Below, one piece after another: positions 1 through 5,293 of a DNA stretch of 10,774 nucleotides; the stretch's first letter is position 1, and the number at the start of each line of letters is the position of its first letter. The notes below the pieces were generated by a model, which was given only the letters and a program-made list of their open reading frames with translations, was not told the origin of the DNA and searched no databases. The stretch lies in contig JANMLN010000029.1 of NCBI GenBank assembly GCA_031372565.1, positions 1 to 10,774 of the forward strand, read 5' to 3'. The DNA is from Gemmatimonadota bacterium. GTDB lineage: Bacteria; Gemmatimonadota; Gemmatimonadetes; Gemmatimonadales; Gemmatimonadaceae. The translations under genes were made by a program, and so were the position numbers.

Positions 1-51
1 GACCTTGGCCTTGAAGGCGGGGGCGTGATTGCGACGGGGACGACGGGACAT
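1..51 (-). CDS. IS3-family transposase OrfA, N-terminus (continues beyond window start)
   Basis: ATG at 51-49 reads MSRRPRRNHAPAFKAKV, a typical IS3 OrfA HTH start; AAGGAG Shine-Dalgarno at 63-58, 6 nt upstream. Confidence 0.9.
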   Translation of the reverse strand, partial: MSRRPRRNHAPAFKAKV

Positions 52-139
52 GGGGTGCTCCTTGGGGATAGGGCGATGTAACGCCCGGGGAGCCCTGCTG
101 TCTACATAGCCGGCTGTTCAGAAGACCGGAGCCACTTCA
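1..139 (-). mobile_element. IS3-family element, left end (IRL at about 101-139)
   Basis: Minus strand begins 5'-TGAAGTGGCTCCGGTCTTCTGAACAGCCGGCTATGTAGA at 139 (5'-TG terminus typical of IS3), upstream of OrfA; resembles the IR at 293-341. Confidence 0.85.
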
Positions 140-140
140 G

Positions 141-281
141 ACCGTCTCGGAGGCGCGCGCTGGCCTCGGCCGCTATCTCACCTTGTACAACACCCGCCGG
201 CCCCACTCGAGCCTCGCGGATCAGACCCCCGACCAGGCATACTTGACCTCCACCGCGCTGCGGCACGCCGCCGCAGCCTGA
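141..281 (+). pseudogene. IS3-family transposase OrfB C-terminal fragment, interrupted at about 140
   Basis: Frame from 141 reads TVSEARAGLGRYLTLYNTRRPHSSLADQTPDQAYLTSTALRHAAAA*, with the YNxxRPHSSL...TP motif of IS3 integrase cores. Not in the supplied ORF track. Confidence 0.9.
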
Positions 282-292
282 CCGCCCCGCGC

Positions 293-341
293 TCTACATA
301 GCCGAACCCATCTCGCTGTCCGAAAAAGCGCGGCCACTTCT
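293..341 (+). repeat. IS3-family right inverted repeat (IRR) of the interrupted element
   Basis: TCTACATAGCCG...GCTGTCCGAAAAAGCGCGGCCACTTCT just after the OrfB stop; shares TCTACATAGCCG, GCTGT and GCCACTTC with 101-139. Confidence 0.8.
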
Positions 342-358
342 GTGAGCACGAGGTCCAT
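342..358 (-). pseudogene. Possible first codons (MDLVLT) of an IS5/DUF4096 transposase cut by the IS3 end
   Basis: ATG GAC CTC GTG CTC AC abuts the IS3 IRR; LT fits the LTDxQW start of IS5 OrfA, whose QW continuation is seen at 4822. Only 17 nt, so weak. Confidence 0.4.
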
Positions 359-359
359 G

Positions 360-426
360 ACGGGAGTAAACATACCGCCCACTCGTGCAGGACTCTTGCT
401 ATCCACATTTCACCTACGGTCCACTA
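360..426 (-). repeat. 67-bp repeat copy A, starting at the stop codon of the 424-987 gene
   Basis: Ungapped alignment to 1165-1231, 55/67 identical by hand count. Confidence 0.9.
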
Positions 427-987
427 CCAGGTCGCCCGACTCTCGTTGTCGAAATTCGCTCGAACAATCTCGCCTGGCGAGACGGTATGCAGCCCGATGT
501 ACCCTATCGCATAGGTGGGCAGCGCGACCAAGAAACCGACCGAATCCTTCAAGACGAAGGAGTAGGTACCCGCCGGCAGCTGAAACTGGACGAACCCCAC
601 AGAGTCGGACCTCGCGCTGTCGATCGGGAGGGGAGCAGCTGGCATCTGTTCAGCATAGTAGGCGCCGCCAGCAATGCGCGTGACCGCCGACATCGGAAGC
701 GCTGGGTAGACGTAGATGACGCGGCTCACGGGCGTAATGCCTCTGCACGTCCACTCCCACACATTGCCTACGACGCCCGACGTGATGGTCGCACGCCCCC
801 GTTGTTCCACTGGCCGCTGCTCCGTGCCGCACCGCGCAGAGAGAAGCTCGGAGTTGCACGCCGACGTCAGGTTTACGAGCGCAACCAAGGCACCAACCGA
901 CCACCAAGCCATTGGTCTCCCGTGGCCTGAGGGGCTCGATTTCGCTCGTGGGAGTACCGACAGTGTACGGTTTCTCCTCGGAAGCAT
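424..987 (-). CDS. Putative lipoprotein of unknown function (187 aa), possibly carboxypeptidase-regulatory-like beta-sandwich
   Basis: ATG 987 is conserved in the paralogue at 5099; hydrophobic stretch then lipobox-like LTSAC; SDSVGFVQFQLPAGTYSF resembles the DxxGxFxxxLPxGxY motif; indels against the paralogue keep frame. Start uncertain (alternative ATG 912). Confidence 0.7.
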   Translation of the reverse strand: MLPRRNRTLSVLPRAKSSPSGHGRPMAWWSVGALVALVNLTSACNSELLSARCGTEQRPVEQRGRATITSGVVGNVWEWTCRGITPVSRVIYVYPALPMSAVTRIAGGAYYAEQMPAAPLPIDSARSDSVGFVQFQLPAGTYSFVLKDSVGFLVALPTYAIGYIGLHTVSPGEIVRANFDNESRATW

Positions 988-1164
988 GCCAGTCACTCGC
1001 AGAACGGGTTGCACCCGCCCTCCGACGACACCGAGACGGCGAATGCGCCGCGTGCGTTCCCCTGCCAACTGGGGGAAGAGACTGTGGCACGGAGACTGAA
1101 TGAGACCGCCGAAGCGGACAGCGTTCGCGTGACCGAGGGCCTACTGCCGCCTATGCCGACCCAA

Positions 1165-1231
1165 ACGGGAGTACACATACCGCCGACCCTTGCGAGAGTT
1201 GTGCTATCCACATTGCACCTACGAGCCACTA
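1165..1231 (-). repeat. 67-bp repeat copy B, starting at the stop codon of the PQQ-repeat gene
   Basis: TAGTGGCTCGTAGGTGCAATGTGGATAGC...GGCGGTATGTGTACTCCCGT on the minus strand; matches 360-426. Confidence 0.9.
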
Positions 1232-2356
1232 GTCGCACGCGAAGGCATGCACGTTGCGATTGGTCGTCACGAACGCCAGCCCGCGCGCGGTGGCAAAGCC
1301 TGAAGTCCCGTACTCCACTTCGTCGTCGAAGGTACGCCCGAGCAGGCGCCCGGTTCCAAGGTCGAACTTGTTGATCGCCAGGCTATTGCCGAAGAGCGTA
1401 CGACCACAGACGACCTGCTCCGAACTGAAGCTTCCCTGTACCTGCGTCCGCCAGAGCTCACGCCCCGTCTCGAGATCGAGCGCGCGTGCGGTCTCATCGC
1501 CTCCGGTGTAGTACACGCGCCCATCCAGCACCGTGGCGGGCCAACTGGTCCCGACACAGCACGGCAGCCCCTTGGTGCGCCACTGGCGTGCGCCCGTGAA
1601 GCGATCAAATGCCTGTACTCCTCCCACGCCGTAGTCCGACGCGATCAGCCAGCGATCACTGACCGTCGGCGCTCCGAGGAAGTATCCCCCCTCGGAGACT
1701 GGCAGCTCCCTTCGCCAGAGCTCACGCCCATCTGCCGTTTGGAGGGCGATCAGCAGCGCCTGCGTGAAGACCCCATCAGGCGTAAACCGGGTGCCAACGA
1801 CATACGCCGTATCCCCGCTCACCTGCACTCCGGTCAGGCGAACGGCGTTGCTGTCGACGGGATAGGGGCGCGCCCAAGCGAGGGATCCGGTGGCTTCATC
1901 AAAGCGGCGTATCAGGCGACCGCTGGAGACGAAGAGCGATCCGCCCGTCGCGGTCACCGACGAGAAGTTGTCCGGCTCCGTCAACGTGGTGTTCCACAGC
2001 AGTTGTCCGTTTTGTCGATTCAACACGGCCAAACTGCTCCCGCTGGCCACGATGACGTGCGCCGCGTTCATGACGAGCTTGTCGGCATAGCTCGATGCCC
2101 AAGGCGGCGGGAGCGTGGCCGTCCACAACGCACCGCCGTCGCTCGAACGCAACGCCATCACTTGGTCCGAGCGTCGCATGACGACGAGCTGCGCGCTGTC
2201 GGCAACTGGAGTCCCGCGCCAGCCCCCCGATTCAGTCGACAACGATATCGACCACTGCGGCCGCAGACCTGGGTTCGGCTTGGTGGAGTCGTCCATGCAT
2301 GCCGTCACAGGGGCGCACAGTGCGAGCGCGCCCGCGAGGAGTTGACGGGGGCTCAT
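1229..2356 (-). CDS. PQQ-binding-like (BamB-type) beta-propeller lipoprotein, 375 aa
   Basis: Likely start MSPRQLLAG at 2356 overlaps the upstream TGA (ATGA); lipobox VTAC; repeated AxDxxTGxxxW blades (ALRSSDGGALW, AFDRFTGARQW, ALDLETGRELW). Confidence 0.88.
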   Translation of the reverse strand: MSPRQLLAGALALCAPVTACMDDSTKPNPGLRPQWSISLSTESGGWRGTPVADSAQLVVMRRSDQVMALRSSDGGALWTATLPPPWASSYADKLVMNAAHVIVASGSSLAVLNRQNGQLLWNTTLTEPDNFSSVTATGGSLFVSSGRLIRRFDEATGSLAWARPYPVDSNAVRLTGVQVSGDTAYVVGTRFTPDGVFTQALLIALQTADGRELWRRELPVSEGGYFLGAPTVSDRWLIASDYGVGGVQAFDRFTGARQWRTKGLPCCVGTSWPATVLDGRVYYTGGDETARALDLETGRELWRTQVQGSFSSEQVVCGRTLFGNSLAINKFDLGTGRLLGRTFDDEVEYGTSGFATARGLAFVTTNRNVHAFACD

Positions 2357-4401
2357 CCTGACCCCGGACTGAAGTGCATTGCGAATGCGTCCGTTAGATT
2401 GAGCTGAGTCCGCGGATCCACCAGCTCCGCCGCGTGCGAGCTTCCCTCTGGAATCCGAAGCAGCTGGTTGGGCTGACCTCCGGGCCATTCCTGCGACGAT
2501 ACCGGAATGAAGCCGTCGCTGGTTGCACCACCGGAGACGGCCCACTGCCAGAGTCGGTCCATCGCCGCAACACCCGCAACGAAGATCGTGCACGCGTAGG
2601 CGCTCACAGCCAACGGATGCCAGACGACGGCTAGAATGGAGGATACCACGGCACAGCGCACCGCCTTGCCGTAGCTGCTCCCGATGTCCCGCGCTGCCGA
2701 GCTGCCCGATCCAGGGCTCTGGAAGTCCGCGGCGATGCGAAACAACAGCCATTTGTTGGACGCATGATGGATGATCGAGGCGCCGCGAATCGGGGCGGCG
2801 CTGTTGATGCCCTGGATCATGAGGCTGGAGGGCCGAGCATCGCACGTCGCCGCGTACAGCGGACAGCGCGATAACTGAGCATAGCCTCCCGGGTAGCCGA
2901 GTGCGGCAGAAAGCGTTGTTCCGATCCCCGGCAGCACCGCGTAGGTGAAGACGCCGGCAGCCATCAGAAAGGACGGACCTCGCTCGGCGAAGAGCGCACC
3001 CCGATTGGGCGACCCGATGGTGATCGCCCCCCGCATCATGCTGCGATCGCGCTGTGCCGCCAAACGGCCAATGACGCCGCCTTGGCTGTGCCCGACGGCA
3101 ACGTAACGCTTCGTTGCGCTTCCGCCGCTCTGCCGAGTCCGCGCCAGCACACTGTCTGCCTGTACACCGTAGCTTGCCAGACTGTTCGTGGAGATGCCGG
3201 TCAGGTTGCCCGTGACATGTGGCATTTGTGGAGCAACCGTGTTCCACGTGCAGGCGTTGCTCATGATCCCATGGACGAGGATCACATTGCGTTCGCCCTG
3301 CTGCTGCCTCTCCCACGTAGCTTCGCACGGAGTCGGCGTGAGATCACGCACCGGGAACGCGCTCGGCCCTCCCCCGCTCCGCCCGCAGTCGGCCGTTCGA
3401 CTCTCCTTGGACGCGCTGTCCGACATGACCAGCCGCGCGACGCACGGATTGATGGTCAGGTCAGCCGTGCTCGTCGCCACGCGGCGCCCGCGTCGGCGAC
3501 GCGCCCGTTCGTCGGCCTTGGCGCGGTTGAAGTGACTCCGCACCCGCCGGAGACGCGTGGTGCTGCCCGTCTGGATGCGACTGGGTCCTCGCTGTTCAAC
3601 CGAGCGGGTGGACACCTCCCGCAGCCGCCAGTGATCGCCAACAACCTCGTATGTACGATCAAGCGTGACTCGCATTCCCGTTGCACTGGGCGCCACGACG
3701 GACCGTTCGCGGTGCAGGCGACCTCGCGCATCAACAAACTGCCGTTCGCCCGAGTCCGGCGGAGCGCCTCCCACCAATGGGAGGCGTACCATCATGTAGT
3801 CCCCATCGCCGGGAGGGTTAGGTCCGCCGCCACCTCCGCCACCGCTCACCAAGTGGTCAATCGGGATGTCGGCTGTGTTGCCGAGCAGGTTCATCGCGTT
3901 CGAGCTCGGCACACCGTTTTCCGTATGGTGCACCAGCGGTGCACTGAGACCGTCCAGCACGGTGTGGCTCGCATCAATGGATCGCGTGGCGTACACTTGC
4001 TCGTTGGGCGCAAACTCTGAGTCGAGCGGTCCCAACTTGTACGTGTTGATCCTGGTCCGCCCCGCCGCATCGTAGCCCGCTTCAAGGTGGAGCGAGTCAC
4101 GGTCCCCGGGGATTGTGTATTCGTACACGAGATTCCCGGTGAACGGATCACGGATCAACGTGTCACTCGCCACCGTGATGGCGATGTCGAACACCGCCTC
4201 CAGCGCGATGTGCGAGTCGGACTGATCAATCTCGCCATCGCGCACCGTTGCGAGGCTCGATTGATCAACACGAACTACCCCCCTCCCGACTTTCTCGGCG
4301 TCTCCACGCTGCGGTGCACTCGCATCCACGCACGCACACAACGCGACCATCAGCAGCGCGACACCGGAAGCCCCACGGCGCCCCTTTGAGATTGCCAGCA
4401 T
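2353..4401 (-). CDS. Lipoprotein with C-terminal alpha/beta-hydrolase (lipase/PGAP1-like) domain, 682 aa
   Basis: Signal peptide ending LCAC; oxyanion VHG; nucleophile GHSQGG; IGSPNRGA; SDGFIP (Asp); SSHAAE (His); GAGGG RBS about 7 nt upstream. Confidence 0.88.
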   Translation of the reverse strand: MLAISKGRRGASGVALLMVALCACVDASAPQRGDAEKVGRGVVRVDQSSLATVRDGEIDQSDSHIALEAVFDIAITVASDTLIRDPFTGNLVYEYTIPGDRDSLHLEAGYDAAGRTRINTYKLGPLDSEFAPNEQVYATRSIDASHTVLDGLSAPLVHHTENGVPSSNAMNLLGNTADIPIDHLVSGGGGGGGPNPPGDGDYMMVRLPLVGGAPPDSGERQFVDARGRLHRERSVVAPSATGMRVTLDRTYEVVGDHWRLREVSTRSVEQRGPSRIQTGSTTRLRRVRSHFNRAKADERARRRRGRRVATSTADLTINPCVARLVMSDSASKESRTADCGRSGGGPSAFPVRDLTPTPCEATWERQQQGERNVILVHGIMSNACTWNTVAPQMPHVTGNLTGISTNSLASYGVQADSVLARTRQSGGSATKRYVAVGHSQGGVIGRLAAQRDRSMMRGAITIGSPNRGALFAERGPSFLMAAGVFTYAVLPGIGTTLSAALGYPGGYAQLSRCPLYAATCDARPSSLMIQGINSAAPIRGASIIHHASNKWLLFRIAADFQSPGSGSSAARDIGSSYGKAVRCAVVSSILAVVWHPLAVSAYACTIFVAGVAAMDRLWQWAVSGGATSDGFIPVSSQEWPGGQPNQLLRIPEGSSHAAELVDPRTQLNLTDAFAMHFSPGSG

Positions 4402-4466
4402 GAGCGAACCCTCGCCTCACGTGGTGTCTGGTCTAGTCGCATCAGCGGCCGAGACCTCGGCAGTCA

Positions 4467-4490
4467 CACCAATACTTCTTCGTATTGATG
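4467..4490 (-). promoter_or_regulatory. Inverted repeat in the hydrolase 5' leader (operator or RNA hairpin)
   Basis: CATCAATAC-GAAGAA-GTATTGGTG; a second palindrome GCCGAG-AC-CTCGGC lies at 4448-4461. Confidence 0.45.
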
Positions 4491-4500
4491 GATTAACGCA

Positions 4501-4529
4501 ACGGTAAATCCTCTCGATACCATTGTCAA
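4501..4529 (-). promoter_or_regulatory. Sigma70-type promoter for the hydrolase-PQQ operon
   Basis: TTGACA (4529-4524), 17-nt spacer, TACCGT (4506-4501) in a locally AT-rich stretch about 100 nt upstream of ATG 4401. Confidence 0.65.
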
Positions 4530-4822
4530 GTAACTCCACAGGCCACGATCCGAACCACCGTTCCCGTTACTCCAGCGTCGGCCAGTTCGCGGGCCATCGC
4601 TTCGAGCACGCGTTGTAACGCCCCCGACCGGGCCCACAACTGGAAGCGGCGATGACATGTCTGATGCGGCGGAGAGCGCGGCGGCAGGTCGTGCCACGGC
4701 ACGCCGGTCCGCATCACCAAGACGATGCCGTTCACGACGTCGCGCGGGTCGCGCCACGGGCGTCTCTTGGAATCCTTGCAGACCTTCGGCTTGGGCAGCA
4801 GGGGCTGCAAGCGCTGCCACTG
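4526..4822 (-). pseudogene. IS5-family (IS427-like, DUF4096) transposase OrfA remnant
   Basis: QWQRLQPLLPKPK...RPWRDPRDVVNGIVLVMRTGVPWHDLPPRSPPHQTCHRRFQLWARSG; native start missing, no DDE domain follows. Confidence 0.85.
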
Positions 4823-5099
4823 GCGTCATGACTCCGCACGTGGGGAACTGTCCAACCCACTCCCATACATTGCCTACGACGCCCGACGTGATGGTCGCAC
4901 GCCCCCGTTGGTCCACTGGCCGCTGCCCCGAGGTGCCGCACCCTGCAGAAAGAAGCTCGGAGCCCTTGCACGCCGACGCCAGGTGTACGAGCACAAGAAA
5001 AGCACCAACCGACCACCAAGCGATTGGTCTCCCGTGGCCTGAGGGGCTCGATGTCGCGCGTGGGAGTACCGACAGCCTACGGTTCCTCCTCGGAAGCAT
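4818..5099 (-). pseudogene. Truncated paralogue of the 424-987 lipoprotein, fused to the IS5 remnant
   Basis: 4818-5111 aligns with 727-999; lipobox LASAC; similarity stops at ...MTPV where the IS5 QW codons begin. Confidence 0.8.
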
Positions 5100-5109
5100 G
5101 CCAGTCACT

Positions 5110-5119
5110 CGGGCCACTA
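5110..5119 (-). repeat. Short third copy of the repeat terminus at the ybdD stop codon
   Basis: TAGTGGCCCG versus TAGTGGCTCG (1231-1222) and TAGTGGACCG (426-417). Confidence 0.55.
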
Positions 5120-5293
5120 GCAGCACCGCTGCCCGGGCCGGCTGTACTTGTCGCGCATGCGTTCGGCCAGAAAGGCATCGCGCGTGAGCCGCTCGCACGC
5201 CGGATGGTGCGCATGCATGTGCGCGAGATACTCGTCGTAGTCCGGCACGCCGATGATGCGACGCAGCACCGCGAGCGCGCGCGCGATGCTCAC
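5117..5293 (-). CDS. YbdD/YjiX family small protein (DUF466/Sel_put), 58 aa
   Basis: GTG start overlaps the peptidase TGA (GTGA); GVPDYDEYLAHMHAHHP and C-terminal RCC are family signatures; the family is normally linked to cstA. Confidence 0.92.
   Translation of the reverse strand: MSIARALAVLRRIIGVPDYDEYLAHMHAHHPACERLTRDAFLAERMRDKYSRPGQRCC

Noticed and set aside
1005..1078. Short hairpins CGGGT-TGC-ACCCG and TTCCCC...GGGGAA upstream of the lipoprotein
   Set aside because: Short GC-rich stems without U-tracts; expected by chance and cannot support a terminator or ncRNA call.
360..1231. 67-bp repeats as integron attC sites or CRISPR repeats
   Set aside because: No RYYYAAC/GTTRRRY boxes or end-to-end dyad symmetry; only two full copies about 800 bp apart; no intI or cas gene in the window.
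1229..2356. Calling the propeller bamB or a PQQ dehydrogenase
   Set aside because: Lacks bamB genomic context and is too short for a quinoprotein dehydrogenase; only the fold is supported.
2357..3328. N-terminal extension making the PQQ ORF 699 aa
   Set aside because: Overlaps the hydrolase catalytic domain in another frame; signal peptide and ATGA coupling place the start at 2356.
727..5111. Duplicated lipoprotein segment as a DGR template/variable repeat pair
   Set aside because: Differences include indels and non-adenine substitutions, the segment is N-terminal, and no reverse transcriptase is present.
4464..5198. 244-aa ORF as an intact gene
   Set aside because: Chimera of a ybdD-overlapping frame, the lipoprotein 5' half and an off-frame read of the IS5 remnant.
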